Counted from the stretch's first letter, positions 49,653 through 60,956 are shown. The stretch is DNA of 64,000 nt from Klebsiella pneumoniae (GCA_945870865.1 CAMBTO010000001.1:15487-79486); one strand, 5' to 3'. Numbers and translations are program-made. Notes: generated by a model from the letters alone, not told the origin.

Positions 49653-52043
49653 TTAATATTCTGCATGCAGTGTCAGGACAAACGAACGGCCATAACCTGG
49701 CTGTCCCAGCGCGGTGCCTGTCAGGTTTGGTGAGATATCAGCGAGATAGCGCTCGTCGAAAAGGTTGCGAATATTACCCTGGATATATGTATTCTCGAGG
49801 CCGAGGGAGTCGAGTTTCACCCGCGCGTTTACGTCCCAGGTCGTATAGTCAGGGAACTCCTCGGTGTTGACCAGGTTCGTCCAGCGGTTTCCGACGTGTT
49901 TCCCCTGCAGACCCAGGCCCAGATAATCGAGCGGGTCCCACTGAGCACGCAGGCTGCCCTGCCATTCCGGGGTCTCATACAGTGACTTGCCTTCGGTCGC
50001 CAGCGCAGCGCCAGCGACTGTATTCGGGATATCATCCTGAATCTCCGACTTGATGTATGAGGCAGAAGCATAGAACGACAGCGTGTCGAACGGATTGAAA
50101 CCGAGCTGGCCGTCGATACCTTGCAGTTGCACATCACCTACGTTGGTCGAGAATGCGATGCTTTCTCCTGGCTCCAGAACGCGTTCGATACGGTTGCTGA
50201 ACTGGTTATAAAACACCGCAGCCGCACCCATGAACGACCCGCTCTGATAACGCAGACCGAGGTCAAAGGCCGAGGAACTTTCCGGGCCAGGGTCCACCAG
50301 TTGACGGTCGTACAAATCGTCCGTGCGTGGAGCCGAGAGCGTCTTCGCCCAACTGGTGAAAACGGACACCTCATCTGTGAAGTCATAGCTGATGCCGACG
50401 TTTGGCAATACTTTATCATACTCGCGTTCGAACGAGCGCGGTTGTCCGTAGCGGTTCGCCGCATTCGTGTTCAGCGGTCCGCTCGCCGGGAAAGTAACCA
50501 GCGGGAATCCGTTACCGTCGTTCGTGTTATCAACCGGCGTTCCAACCTGGGTGGTGCAAAAGGCGTTAAAGGTGTCGCGCTGGTAACAGAAGTTGGTCAG
50601 GTCTCGTTTGAAGAACGGCAGGCGCAGGCCGAGGTTGAGTAACAGCTTTTCGTCCATGAACCGGCCACGATATTCACCCGAAAACTGGTTAAGCAGGGCG
50701 ATAGAAAGGCGGTCGCGCCTGCGCAGGATGGTGCCGTCTGGCAGTTGTATCTGGGTGCCTTCCGTCCCGGCAAACACGTCCTCCGGGTCGAAGCTGCCGT
50801 CGGTCTTGATATAACCAACCTGGCCGACCTGGCGATGCCTGGCGCGATCCAATGTATAGGCAAAGCGGAAGCTTTGGGTCGAAGCGAACTTCCAGATTAA
50901 CGACGAGGTTACGCTGAATCGACGGGTGGTGGTGGTACTCGGACGATAGAGCCGAACCGTATCGGTGAAGTCACCATCGAGGTTCAGATCCATACCAACC
51001 GCGCTGGAGTTGCCCAACAACTGTAAATCGGTTTCCCGCCAGTCGGCTGCACCGCCACCGTTGGCGAGCACGTATTGAAAGGATGGGTCGATGGTCAGGG
51101 TGAAATTCTCGCTCATTTCCCATTTCGACAGGATACGAATGTTTCCCGTGTTGGATGGGTTGATGCTCTCCGAAGCTTGCTGCTCGTTGTTCACCGGTAT
51201 AACGCGGTTCTGGAAGTTAAGGAGATTGATGCGATTGATGAACGAATTACGGTTCTTGTTGTAGTTACCAACCAGGCTTATCTCACCGGTATCGCCAAGG
51301 TCCTGATCGACGCGGAAATTAAACTGTTTCTTGTTAATCTCACCGGCCGGTCTGACACTCGCGTCATGCGGCTTGAAAATGTCGTTTCGAGTGATGAGTC
51401 CAGAGACCCATGCCTTCGTTCCATACGGCCCGATCGCGCCTGTTTCGAGCGTGCCGTAGTAGCGCTGCATGTCGTCACTGCCATAGCCGATCTGGCCTCT
51501 TACGCCAAACTCTTCCGCCGCGCGTTTGGTAATGTAGTTAATGGTGCCGCCAGCCGCTGCCGCTGTGGGGCTGTCCACATCGGTGGTGCCAAGGTTTACT
51601 GTCACCTTCTCGATTAGATCTGATTCAAGCTGTTGATTCGGATAGATGGCATAGTTCCCGCTGTCGTTCAGTGGCACACCATCCTGCAACAGTGCCACGC
51701 GCTGGGAGTCAAAACCGCGGAGTGTCAGGTCACCGCCGGCTGATCCGTAGGCGTCATTATTGGTGAAATTCGTCGCTGGCAACAGATTGATACTGTCCAG
51801 AACCGACTGTCCGGGGGTCTGATGCGAGAGCAATTCCGCGGTGATCGAGGCTCGGGACTTGGGCTCTCTTTCAGCAGTCATGGCGCCACCGACCGTCGTG
51901 TCAATCCGTTTTGCAGTGACAGTGATCTCTTCAAGTATCATTGTGCCGCTCGACTGTGCGAAGGCAGCCCCGGCGCCAAAAACCGCAATGGTGCCGATTG
52001 CTGTCAAGGTGATACCCCTGTTCACGATGGTTCGAAGATGCAT
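49653..52043 (-). CDS. TonB-dependent outer-membrane receptor
   Basis: The product has a signal peptide and a plug with EEITVTAKR. It is 796 aa with a C-terminal aromatic residue. The gene lies 87 bp upstream of the EEP-family gene on the same strand. Confidence 0.85.
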   Translation of the reverse strand: MHLRTIVNRGITLTAIGTIAVFGAGAAFAQSSGTMILEEITVTAKRIDTTVGGAMTAEREPKSRASITAELLSHQTPGQSVLDSINLLPATNFTNNDAYGSAGGDLTLRGFDSQRVALLQDGVPLNDSGNYAIYPNQQLESDLIEKVTVNLGTTDVDSPTAAAAGGTINYITKRAAEEFGVRGQIGYGSDDMQRYYGTLETGAIGPYGTKAWVSGLITRNDIFKPHDASVRPAGEINKKQFNFRVDQDLGDTGEISLVGNYNKNRNSFINRINLLNFQNRVIPVNNEQQASESINPSNTGNIRILSKWEMSENFTLTIDPSFQYVLANGGGAADWRETDLQLLGNSSAVGMDLNLDGDFTDTVRLYRPSTTTTRRFSVTSSLIWKFASTQSFRFAYTLDRARHRQVGQVGYIKTDGSFDPEDVFAGTEGTQIQLPDGTILRRRDRLSIALLNQFSGEYRGRFMDEKLLLNLGLRLPFFKRDLTNFCYQRDTFNAFCTTQVGTPVDNTNDGNGFPLVTFPASGPLNTNAANRYGQPRSFEREYDKVLPNVGISYDFTDEVSVFTSWAKTLSAPRTDDLYDRQLVDPGPESSSAFDLGLRYQSGSFMGAAAVFYNQFSNRIERVLEPGESIAFSTNVGDVQLQGIDGQLGFNPFDTLSFYASASYIKSEIQDDIPNTVAGAALATEGKSLYETPEWQGSLRAQWDPLDYLGLGLQGKHVGNRWTNLVNTEEFPDYTTWDVNARVKLDSLGLENTYIQGNIRNLFDERYLADISPNLTGTALGQPGYGRSFVLTLHAEY

Positions 52044-52234
52044 AAATTACTCCTCAATAGTTTACGTATTAATTTTTCAATCGATTACACAGTGCTTCTA
52101 TGACCAGAGGGAACCGGATCTGTTAAACATTGATTACGATTAGATTACCTGCATGTGAAAACAGATAGTTACAACAGACTGTAATTGGCACCGATCTGGG
52201 CAAAGATTAACTTCAAAAACTGATACAATTAGAT

Positions 52235-52768
52235 ATGACAAAAACACCTGGACTGTCCGGAATATTAACCGGTAAACGCAAGCCGTCTTGCGCACCGGAT
52301 ATACTTGGCTGGCGAGAATGGGTCTCCCTGCCCGAACTGGGCATACCAGCGATAAAAGCCAAGATAGACACTGGCGCGAGGACCTCCGCACTGCATGCAT
52401 TTCGTATCGAATCATTCAACCTCGATAACAATGAATATGTGCGCTTCTGGCTCCACCCCCTACGTAACAAACAGGATGTCGAGCTGGTTTGTGAAGCGCC
52501 AGTTGTCCAGAGACGTCTGGTAAAAGATTCCGGCGGACACAGTGAGGAACGTTATGTTATTGAGTCAGCTGTGCGGATCGGTGATCGCCAGTGGACGATA
52601 GAACTGACGCTGACCAGTCGCGAGGATATGATATTCAGGATGTTACTGGGTCGTTCTGCGATTACCAGTGGCCGACTTAAGATCGACCCGGCCGCGTCCT
52701 ATCTGACCGGCCGTGGCAAGGGAAAGGTATATAAAAAATCCGGCAACCCCGGCAGGATCCGTATATGA
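52235..52768 (+). CDS. RimK-associated retropepsin-like aspartic protease (COG4067 ATP-dependent zinc protease family)
   Basis: The product has the [13 protein letters not shown] (DTGA) motif. The gene is directly upstream of and overlapping rimK. Confidence 0.6.
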   Translation: MTKTPGLSGILTGKRKPSCAPDILGWREWVSLPELGIPAIKAKIDTGARTSALHAFRIESFNLDNNEYVRFWLHPLRNKQDVELVCEAPVVQRRLVKDSGGHSEERYVIESAVRIGDRQWTIELTLTSREDMIFRMLLGRSAITSGRLKIDPAASYLTGRGKGKVYKKSGNPGRIRI

Positions 52769-53670
52769 AAGTGGCAATTTTATCTAGAAATACAAAGTTG
52801 TATTCAACCCGAAGACTGATAGAGGCCGCAAAGGAACGTGGCCACGAAGTACATGTGCTGGATGTATTGCGCTGTTATATGGGCATTACCTCGCGCAAGC
52901 CGGAGATCCATTACAAGGGCAAGGCTCTGACCGGTTTCGATGCGGTGATACCGCGTATCGGCGCCTCGGTTACCTTCTACGGTACCGCCGTATTGCGACA
53001 GTTCGAGATGATGGGCGTGTATCCGTTGAATGAATCGGTTGCGATCAGTCGTGCCCGCGACAAGTTACGTGCTTGCCAGTTGCTGGCGCGCAAGGGCGTC
53101 GGCCTGCCGATAACCGGCTTTGCCAATAAGCCGGATGACATACAGGATCTGATCAAGATGGTTGGTGGGGCACCACTGGTGATCAAGATCCTGTCAGGGA
53201 CGCAGGGTATCGGTGTGGTCCTCGCCGAAACACAAAAGGCAGCAGAGAGTGTGGTCGAATCGTTTCTCGACCTGAAGGTCAGCGTGCTGGTTCAGGAGTT
53301 CATCAAGGAGGCTGGCGGTTCTGACATTCGCTGTTTTGTAGTGGGCGGCAAAGTGGTCGCTGCAATAAAGCGCCAGGGCAAAGACGGCGAATTTCGTTCA
53401 AACCTGCATCGCGGTGGTTCCGCCACGCTGGTGACCACGACCGCCGAAGAACGCGCTACGGCCGTACGTGCAGCAAAAACGATGGGCCTAAATATCTGTG
53501 GTGTCGATATACTGCGTTCCAACCGGGGTCCTCTGGTCATAGAAGTAAACTCCTCCCCTGGTCTTGAGGGCATAGAGACCGCCACCGGCAAGGACATCGC
53601 CGGGACGATCATCCAGTTCATGGAAAAAAATGCCAAAGAGGGTAATACAAGGACCAAAGGCGGACACTGA
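52765..53670 (+). CDS. rimK: ribosomal protein S6--L-glutamate ligase (ATP-grasp)
   Basis: MKVAILSRN...ATP-grasp motifs. The product is 301 aa. Confidence 0.9.
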   Translation: MKVAILSRNTKLYSTRRLIEAAKERGHEVHVLDVLRCYMGITSRKPEIHYKGKALTGFDAVIPRIGASVTFYGTAVLRQFEMMGVYPLNESVAISRARDKLRACQLLARKGVGLPITGFANKPDDIQDLIKMVGGAPLVIKILSGTQGIGVVLAETQKAAESVVESFLDLKVSVLVQEFIKEAGGSDIRCFVVGGKVVAAIKRQGKDGEFRSNLHRGGSATLVTTTAEERATAVRAAKTMGLNICGVDILRSNRGPLVIEVNSSPGLEGIETATGKDIAGTIIQFMEKNAKEGNTRTKGGH

Positions 53671-53673
53671 TCC

Positions 53674-54684
53674 ATGCGCAAATCCCTCCGTGTTGGTCGC
53701 GTTTCCATCAAACCGGGTAGCAGTATTACAGTCGATCTGGATGTCCCGGACCTTTACACCCATACCGGCATTACACTGCCTGTACACGTTATCCATGGCG
53801 CCCGGCCCGGTCCGATCCTGTTTCTGTCCGGTGCAATTCATGGCGACGAGATCAATGGCGTCGAGATCATCCGCCGCATACTGAAACACAAACGTATCAG
53901 CCAGATCAAAGGCACATTACTGGCGATACCGGTCGTCAATATCTACGGCTTCATCAACAAGACCCGTTATCTGCCGGACCGACGCGACCTGAACAGGTCA
54001 TTCCCCGGTTCTGAAACCGGGTCACTGGCGGCACGTATGGCCAATGTGTTTCTGCAGGAGATCGTCGCAAAATGTACACACGGGATTGATATCCATACGG
54101 CGGCGATCCATCGCGATAACCTCCCACACGTACGCGCCTTGATGGACGATGCCGAGACCGAGCGAGTTGCACGTGCCTTCGCACTACCGGTAATCCTGAA
54201 TACCAGCATCGTCAGCGGCACACTGCGCGAATCAGCGGAGAAGGCCGGTGTAACCGTGATAGTTTACGAGGCCGGCGAGGCGCTGCGATTTGATGATGAT
54301 TCCATCCTGCGTGGTGAAGAGGGCATCCTCTCGGTCATGCGCGAAATCGGCATGTTGCCGCGACTGAAACAGATCGGCAGCAAGGCCGAACCGCTGGTGG
54401 CACACTCCAGCACCTGGGTGCGCGCCCCGCAGAGTGGCATATTGCGCGCGATGAAAACACTGGGCGCAACAGTGCAACGAAATGAGTTGATGGGCATCAT
54501 TTCCGACCCGTTTGGCAAACGGGAGGAAGAGGTACGTGCGACCGCCACCGGTATCATTATCGGCAGGACCAATATCCCGCTGGTGAACGAAGGCGAGGCA
54601 CTGTTTCACATCGCACGGTTCCGGAACAACAACGAAACCAGTGACCAGATAGAGGAAGTACAGAACAACCTCTATGGGCGTTAA
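53674..54684 (+). CDS. succinylglutamate desuccinylase/aspartoacylase family protein
   Basis: The product has AIHGDEINGVEI (zinc-binding HxxE) and a conserved position after rimK. Confidence 0.75.
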   Translation: MRKSLRVGRVSIKPGSSITVDLDVPDLYTHTGITLPVHVIHGARPGPILFLSGAIHGDEINGVEIIRRILKHKRISQIKGTLLAIPVVNIYGFINKTRYLPDRRDLNRSFPGSETGSLAARMANVFLQEIVAKCTHGIDIHTAAIHRDNLPHVRALMDDAETERVARAFALPVILNTSIVSGTLRESAEKAGVTVIVYEAGEALRFDDDSILRGEEGILSVMREIGMLPRLKQIGSKAEPLVAHSSTWVRAPQSGILRAMKTLGATVQRNELMGIISDPFGKREEEVRATATGIIIGRTNIPLVNEGEALFHIARFRNNNETSDQIEEVQNNLYGR

Positions 54685-54778
54685 CGGGTGAGTCAGAGAA
54701 CTGCGGAATAAATAGCGGGGAGAGGAACTACCGGGCAGGGTTTACACCTTGGTAAACCCTGCCCTTGCTTCCTTGTAA

Positions 54779-56806
54779 CTAGATCAGCGGAACAATCAGC
54801 AATGCAACAATGTTGATGATCTTGATCAGCGGATTGATGGCCGGGCCGGCGGTGTCCTTGTACGGGTCACCCACGGTATCACCGGTGACAGCGGCCTTAT
54901 GGGCCTCGCTACCTTTACCGCCAAAATGACCGTCTTCAATATACTTCTTCGCGTTGTCCCAGGCACCACCACCGACTGTCATCGAGATGGCAACGAAGAT
55001 ACCGGTAATGATCGTACCGACCAGTAGGCCGCCCAGCGCACGCACACCAGCGCCTTCGCCCATCAGTGCCTCCATACCAAAGGCCACAACGATCGGGGCC
55101 AGTACCGGCAACAGTGAGGGAATGATCATTTCCTTGATCGCCGACTTGGTCAGCATGTCAACCGCACGCGAATAATCCGGCTTGGTCGTGCCTTCCATGA
55201 TGCCCTTGATCTCCTTGAACTGACGGCGGACTTCAACAACAACAGAACCGGCGGCACGGCCAACCGCTTCCATCGCCATCGCACCAAACAAGTAAGGGAT
55301 CAGACCACCGATGAACAGACCAATAATAACGGCCGGGTCATCCAGCTTGAAATCGACCAGTTTGCCGGCCGCTTCAAGACTGTGGGTAAAGTCAGCGAAC
55401 AACACCAGCGCGGCGAGACCAGCGGAACCAATGGCATACCCTTTGGTGACGGCCTTGGTCGTGTTACCAACTGCATCGAGCGGGTCGGTGATGTTACGGA
55501 TCTTCTCGTCCAGACCGGCCATCTCGGCAATACCGCCGGCGTTATCAGTGATAGGACCATATGCATCCAGTGCCACAATGATACCGGCCATTGACAGCAT
55601 CGAGGTCGCGGCAATCGCCAGACCGTAAATACCGGCCAGATCGTACGCGCCATAGATACTGAAACACACCGCCAGTACCGGCCAGGCGGTTGAACGCATC
55701 GATACACCCAGTCCGGCGATGATGTTGGTGCCGTGACCGGTTGTGGAGGCCTGGGCAATATGACGTACCGGCGGGTACTGGGTACCGGTGTAGTACTCTG
55801 TGATCCAGACCAATGCGGCAGTCAGTGCCAAACCAATCAGTGAGCATCCGAACAGCGGACCGGCGCTCTCGCCCATCATGCTGGAAGTAACAAAATAGAA
55901 GCCAATTGCGGAAAGTACACCAGCCACGATCAGGCCCTTGTACAGTGCGCCCATTATCGAGCCACCTTCAGTGGTCTTGACGAAGAACGTACCGATGACC
56001 GAGGCGATCACGGATACACCGCCGAGTACCAGCGGATACATGATCGCGGTATCACCGAGGTCCTTCATCATCAGACCGCCGAGCAGCATGGTCGCCACCA
56101 CGGTGACTGCGTAAGTCTCGAACAGGTCAGCGGCCATACCGGCGCAATCACCCACGTTATCGCCAACGTTGTCCGCAATAACAGCCGGGTTACGCGGGTC
56201 ATCTTCCGGGATACCGGCCTCGACCTTGCCCACCAGGTCAGCACCCACATCCGCACCCTTGGTAAAGATACCGCCACCGAGACGGGCAAAGATGGAAATC
56301 AGCGAACTACCGAAGGCCAGACCGACCATCGCGTGCAGCGCAGTTTCCGAATCCAGGCCCATCTGCAACATGAGGCCATAATAACCGGCCACACCTATCA
56401 AGCCCAGGCCTACAACCAGCATGCCGGTAATGGCACCACCGCGGAAGGCAACCTGCAGGGCGGCGTTCAGGCCCTTGTTTGCTGCCTCTGCGGTACGCAG
56501 ATTGGCACGCACTGATATATTCATACCGATATATCCGGCTGCCCCGGAGAACACTGCACCGATCAGAAAACCAAACGCGGTATACCAACCCAACGCAAAA
56601 CCTAGCGCAACAAACAGGATTGCACCGACGATACTGATCGTGGTGTACTGGCGGTTAAGGTAGGCAGAGGCACCTTGCTGGATGGCTAATGCGATTTCAC
56701 GCATACGGTCATTCCCTTCAGGCTGTTTCAGTATCCAGAGCACTGACCATATACCGTAGGCTATGGCAAATACGCCGCATAAGAGGGCAAAAACTAATGG
56801 TGACAT
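54779..56806 (-). CDS. hppA: membrane-bound H+-translocating pyrophosphatase, K+-independent type
   Basis: The 675-aa product has about 16 TM helices and the GNTTKA motif ([11 protein letters not shown]), where Lys is diagnostic of K+-independent V-PPases. It also has DNVGDNVGD motifs. Confidence 0.95.
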   Translation of the reverse strand: MSPLVFALLCGVFAIAYGIWSVLWILKQPEGNDRMREIALAIQQGASAYLNRQYTTISIVGAILFVALGFALGWYTAFGFLIGAVFSGAAGYIGMNISVRANLRTAEAANKGLNAALQVAFRGGAITGMLVVGLGLIGVAGYYGLMLQMGLDSETALHAMVGLAFGSSLISIFARLGGGIFTKGADVGADLVGKVEAGIPEDDPRNPAVIADNVGDNVGDCAGMAADLFETYAVTVVATMLLGGLMMKDLGDTAIMYPLVLGGVSVIASVIGTFFVKTTEGGSIMGALYKGLIVAGVLSAIGFYFVTSSMMGESAGPLFGCSLIGLALTAALVWITEYYTGTQYPPVRHIAQASTTGHGTNIIAGLGVSMRSTAWPVLAVCFSIYGAYDLAGIYGLAIAATSMLSMAGIIVALDAYGPITDNAGGIAEMAGLDEKIRNITDPLDAVGNTTKAVTKGYAIGSAGLAALVLFADFTHSLEAAGKLVDFKLDDPAVIIGLFIGGLIPYLFGAMAMEAVGRAAGSVVVEVRRQFKEIKGIMEGTTKPDYSRAVDMLTKSAIKEMIIPSLLPVLAPIVVAFGMEALMGEGAGVRALGGLLVGTIITGIFVAISMTVGGGAWDNAKKYIEDGHFGGKGSEAHKAAVTGDTVGDPYKDTAGPAINPLIKIINIVALLIVPLI

Positions 56807-56836
56807 GTAAAAATTCCCCTTTAGGAGTGTATCGTT

Positions 56837-56865
56837 AACAAAAAATGAGGGGCAACAGGCCCCTC
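56837..56865 (-). terminator. hairpin plus U-tract between pfk and hppA (terminator or attenuator)
   Basis: The minus-strand reading is GAGGGGC-ctgtt-GCCCCTC followed by ATTTTTTGTT. Confidence 0.5.
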
Positions 56866-56942
56866 TGGCTTAAAAACCGAGTTAGTGTACTTATCAAACC
56901 ACTGAAAAACCAGTCTTTGTACCACTAAAATGCGGGTTTGAC

Positions 56943-58253
56943 TCAAATCCTGAAGCCTTCCTGCAGTTTTTTTGGCACCGCACTGTTTTTAAGGCGAACA
57001 TAATCCGGCATGCCGTTCACATAAGGCGGATAGTCCTCGCCCTGGATTAACGGGACCAGATAGCGACGGCAGGCCTCGGTGATTCCAAAGCCATCCTCGC
57101 TGATAAACTCGGCCGGCATGAACTTCTCCACATTGGCTACCTTTGCCAACTCGACTGCACCGACCTCCCAACTGTAGGGGTGGTCAGAGGTGCGGACGAT
57201 CGTTGGCATGACCGCATTTTTACCTTGCAGGGCCAACTCGACTGCCGCCTTGCCCAGTGCATAGGCCTGATCCACATCGGTTTTAGAGGCAATATGACGG
57301 GCGGCGCGTTGCAGATAGTCAGCGACAGCCCAGTGGAACTTGTAACCCAGCACCTGCTTGACCATGTTGGCTACGATCGGTGCTGCCCCGCCGAGCTGGG
57401 CATGACCAAACGCATCGCGCGTGCCCTGCTCAGACAGAAATTTGCCATCAGGCCCTTTGGCGCCCTCGGACACAACAACAGAGCAATAACCGTACTTCTC
57501 GACATTCGCCTTGACCCGTTCGAGGAAGCGCTGCTGGTCAAACCTGACCTCGGGAAACAGGATCACGACGGGGATATCATTATTGGCATCAGCGGCCAGC
57601 GCACCGGCGGCGGCTATCCAGCCGGCATGACGCCCCATCACCTCGATCACAAATACCTTGGTCGAGGTTGATGCCATCGACTGCACATCGAACGAGGCCT
57701 CGCGGGTCGAGATAGCAATGTATTTAGCGACCGAACCAAATCCGGGGCAATTGTCGGTAATGGGCAGGTCATTATCTACCGTCTTCGGTACATGGATGGC
57801 CTGCACCGGGTATCCCAGCGTATCGGACAACTGCGAGACCTTGTGGCAGGTGTCAGCAGAATCACCGCCGCCGTTATAAAAGAAATAGCCGATGTTATGG
57901 GCCTTGAACACCTCGATCAGGCGTTCATATTGGGCCTTGCTCTCGACCAGACCCTTCAGTTTGTAGCGACAGGAACCAAACGCACCGGACGGTGTATGGC
58001 GCAGTGCGGCAATCGCGGCATCACTCTCCTGGCTGGTATCAATCAAGTCCTCGGTCAGCGCTCCGATGATGCCGTTTCTGCCGGCGTAGACATTGGCAAT
58101 CCGGTCACGGTGCTGGCGGGCGGTCTGGATCACCCCGCAAGCACTCGCATTAATAACCGCGGTCACACCGCCCGATTGTGCATAAAATGCATTTTTTGCT
58201 TCAGCCATCCTGTTTCTCTCCGGATATTCGTATATATTCGATTTAATAATCAC
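56943..58253 (-). CDS. pfk: 6-phosphofructokinase, likely PPi-dependent (group II/B2-type, about 420 aa)
   Basis: The product has the PFK N-terminus GGVTAVINASACGV and NGGGDS. Its length and the adjacency to hppA resemble the PPi-PFK/H+-PPase pair described for Methylococcus capsulatus and purple sulfur bacteria. Confidence 0.8.
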   Translation of the reverse strand: MIIKSNIYEYPERNRMAEAKNAFYAQSGGVTAVINASACGVIQTARQHRDRIANVYAGRNGIIGALTEDLIDTSQESDAAIAALRHTPSGAFGSCRYKLKGLVESKAQYERLIEVFKAHNIGYFFYNGGGDSADTCHKVSQLSDTLGYPVQAIHVPKTVDNDLPITDNCPGFGSVAKYIAISTREASFDVQSMASTSTKVFVIEVMGRHAGWIAAAGALAADANNDIPVVILFPEVRFDQQRFLERVKANVEKYGYCSVVVSEGAKGPDGKFLSEQGTRDAFGHAQLGGAAPIVANMVKQVLGYKFHWAVADYLQRAARHIASKTDVDQAYALGKAAVELALQGKNAVMPTIVRTSDHPYSWEVGAVELAKVANVEKFMPAEFISEDGFGITEACRRYLVPLIQGEDYPPYVNGMPDYVRLKNSAVPKKLQEGFRI

Positions 58254-58358
58254 TGTTACAGGTATGCTAGACTCACATGCAGTGCGTTATCACTTGTTAA
58301 TATGAGAACCATACCCTTTAATATTGAACCACGGCCTGCTCACCGACTCAAAACTGCT

Positions 58359-59834
58359 ATGGTACAGAATAAACTCATATCGCGACTACTCAGACAGCTG
58401 ATTTTCTGTCTGATCCTGCCGGCCAGTTATGCCTCGGCCGTGACCACACTCGACCTGCCGGATATCGGTGAGTCGACCGGTAATATCCTCAGCCCCGAAT
58501 ATGAACGTCGGCTTGGCCAGGCATTCCTGAACCAGATTCGGCGCCAGACCGATATTATCGCCGATCCGGAGATCGAGACCTATATCCAGTCTATAGGCTA
58601 CCGGCTGGTCGCCCAGAGTGACAACAGCAGCCAGCTTTTTACCTTCTTTGTTGTCAATGAGAACGGGATTAACGCGTTCGCCGCACCCGGTGGTATCGTC
58701 GGGATTAATACCGGCACCATCATCAGTGCCGAGACTGAGAGTGAACTGGCCGGTGTTATGGCCCACGAAATCGCCCACGTTACCCAGCGCCATATGGCCC
58801 GCTCGGCCGAGATGTCGCAGAAGATGAGCATTCCGATGATGGCAGCGATGCTCGGTGCGATTCTGATCGCCTCACAAAACCCCGATGCGGGAGCCGCGGC
58901 AATGGCGGCCATCCAGGGTGGCGTCATGCAAGCCCAGATAAATTTCACCCGCGGCAATGAGGAAGAGGCCGATCGTATCGGCATGCAACTGCTAGAACGT
59001 GCCGAGTTTAATCCGCAAGGTATGCCCGCCTTTTTTACCAAATTGCAGCGCAACTCGGTCTACGCCGCCCAGGCCCCGGAATTCCTGCGCACCCATCCGT
59101 TAACCGTCAACCGTATCTCTGACACGCAGGCGCGTGCTGCGGCCTTGCCAAAAGACAAGCCGTATAACGAGAGCAAGACCTACCAGTTCATCCGCACCAA
59201 GCTGCTGGTGAAATCACACAAGACCCCTGCGGATGCAATCAAACATTATGAAACCGTACTGGCCGAGGGTGAGTTCCGCGATGACATCGTGCCGATCAAA
59301 TACGGGCTGGCACTCGCACATCTGGAAAACAAAGACTATACAATGGCGGCCACCTTGCTGGATGAGCTGATAGCGAAGGACAAGGAGAATCTGTCCCTGC
59401 AACTGGCCCGTGCGGATGTTGAGGTACGTCAGGCCCGATATGATGCAGCAACCGCAATTTATGCTGACATGCTGAACATCTATCCGGACTATCGACCGTT
59501 GATACTATCATACGCGAACACACTGCTGACCGCCAAACGACCGGCCGAGGCAAAGACCGTGCTGGAAAACTATGGCAAGTACAACACACCAGACATCACC
59601 TATTACAACTATCTCACCCGTGCCGAGGCCGAGGCCGGCAATCCGATTGAGGCCGGTATGGCGAACGCGGAGTATTACTTCCTGACCGGCGAGACCCGGG
59701 TGGCGATAGAACAACTGAAGAGCCTGCTGCGTGCACAACCAAAACCCGACTATTATCAGGAAGAACGCATCCTGTCGCGTATCAGCCAGCTTGAGCAGGA
59801 ACTGAAGATGGAACGGGACCTGAATCTCGGATGA
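58359..59834 (+). CDS. bepA: beta-barrel assembly-enhancing protease BepA (M48 peptidase plus TPR)
   Basis: The product has a signal peptide, HEIAHV (HExxH) and a C-terminal TPR region. The true start is MVQNKLISRLL at 58359; the track ORF starts at 57792 as an in-frame read-through. Confidence 0.85.
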   Translation: MVQNKLISRLLRQLIFCLILPASYASAVTTLDLPDIGESTGNILSPEYERRLGQAFLNQIRRQTDIIADPEIETYIQSIGYRLVAQSDNSSQLFTFFVVNENGINAFAAPGGIVGINTGTIISAETESELAGVMAHEIAHVTQRHMARSAEMSQKMSIPMMAAMLGAILIASQNPDAGAAAMAAIQGGVMQAQINFTRGNEEEADRIGMQLLERAEFNPQGMPAFFTKLQRNSVYAAQAPEFLRTHPLTVNRISDTQARAAALPKDKPYNESKTYQFIRTKLLVKSHKTPADAIKHYETVLAEGEFRDDIVPIKYGLALAHLENKDYTMAATLLDELIAKDKENLSLQLARADVEVRQARYDAATAIYADMLNIYPDYRPLILSYANTLLTAKRPAEAKTVLENYGKYNTPDITYYNYLTRAEAEAGNPIEAGMANAEYYFLTGETRVAIEQLKSLLRAQPKPDYYQEERILSRISQLEQELKMERDLNLG

Positions 59835-59876
59835 TAACGGGTCACGCTGCGGCCTGCACCAACTGAACACTGTCGC

Positions 59877-60764
59877 TTGCGTCCTGTACTCGTCTTCCTG
59901 CTGTTTTTTATTGCCGCACTATTTGTCGGTGCGCTGCTAGCCTACCCTCTCTATTTGATCGCAGGTCTGTTCGCAGACGTGCAGTTCAGCTCTGTCACCA
60001 TCAAATCAACGCAACTCTGTGGTCTGGTGTTCAGCCTGCTTTACCTTATATATTCCGACCAGCTCACACTTGAAAAAATTGGACTGAAGGCTGACTCTCA
60101 TCAGCTTATGCCGCAGTTCGGAACGGGTTTTATCGGCGGACTGCTGCTGTTTGCCGGACTGGCACTGGCACTGTTTGCCTTTGGCATCTACGGCATCAAT
60201 AGCGGCCGCGATCTCGGACTCCTTGCTGTAGCGAAACTGCTCATGGGTGCCGTGCTGACCGGACTTGCGGTCGCCCTGTTTGAAGAGACGGTATTCCGGG
60301 GCGCGTTATTACAGGGTCTGCGCAAACAGGCGGGCATGAACCGCGCCATAGTGACGATCAGCCTGATTTATGCGGCAACACATTTTATCAATTACCCTGA
60401 ACCGGTCGACCACGCCACTATCGGCTGGCTGACCGCAATAGAGCTTTTCATGCCGGCTTATCTCGGCATATTCAGCCTGCAAACCATTGATGCGCTACTC
60501 GCACTCTTCGTGCTCGGACTGTTATTTGCCTTCATACGAATTGGTAACCGAAACCTGTTCCAGTGCATAGGTTTACACGCCGGTGTCGTCGCGGGGGTAA
60601 AACTGTTCCGCTACTTCACCGAATACCGCCCGGACAATACCTGGAACTATCTGGTCAGCACCTACGACTATCGCCTCGGCTGGCTCGCATGCGGTTGGCT
60701 GATGTTTGTCACCATCGCCTATTTTGTCTATTTACACCGCAAGCCAAAAACGACGAACGCCTGA
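59877..60764 (+). CDS. CPBP family intramembrane glutamic endopeptidase (CAAX protease-like)
   Basis: The product has EETVFRGALL (the EExxxR motif), FxxxH (IYAATHFINY) and multiple TM helices. Confidence 0.7.
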   Translation: MRPVLVFLLFFIAALFVGALLAYPLYLIAGLFADVQFSSVTIKSTQLCGLVFSLLYLIYSDQLTLEKIGLKADSHQLMPQFGTGFIGGLLLFAGLALALFAFGIYGINSGRDLGLLAVAKLLMGAVLTGLAVALFEETVFRGALLQGLRKQAGMNRAIVTISLIYAATHFINYPEPVDHATIGWLTAIELFMPAYLGIFSLQTIDALLALFVLGLLFAFIRIGNRNLFQCIGLHAGVVAGVKLFRYFTEYRPDNTWNYLVSTYDYRLGWLACGWLMFVTIAYFVYLHRKPKTTNA

Positions 60765-60956
60765 CCCGCACCGCTATTGTGCGCACTGTCTTAAATCAAT
60801 TCCGGAGTACACACTGATAACACCAACAGCAGAGGAACATCTCGATGGATCTGTCGAACAAACTACGCAAGGTGAACCAGCAAATCTGCACCTGCCAGTT
60901 GTGGCCATGCCGGGCAGGGGCGTGCCTCAGCCCGACATGACCTGCTGTCTGCAATC

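Noticed and set aside
52044-52234. A possible Pho box upstream of the second TonB-dependent receptor (CTGTTGTAACTATCTGTTTTCAC)
   Set aside because: The half-sites are spaced 13 bp apart rather than 11 bp and match the consensus poorly. I could not support a call.
57792-58358. An upstream extension of the bepA ORF (680 aa in the track)
   Set aside because: The extension is antisense to the pfk gene. The signal-peptide-bearing start MVQNKLISRLL lies at 58359.
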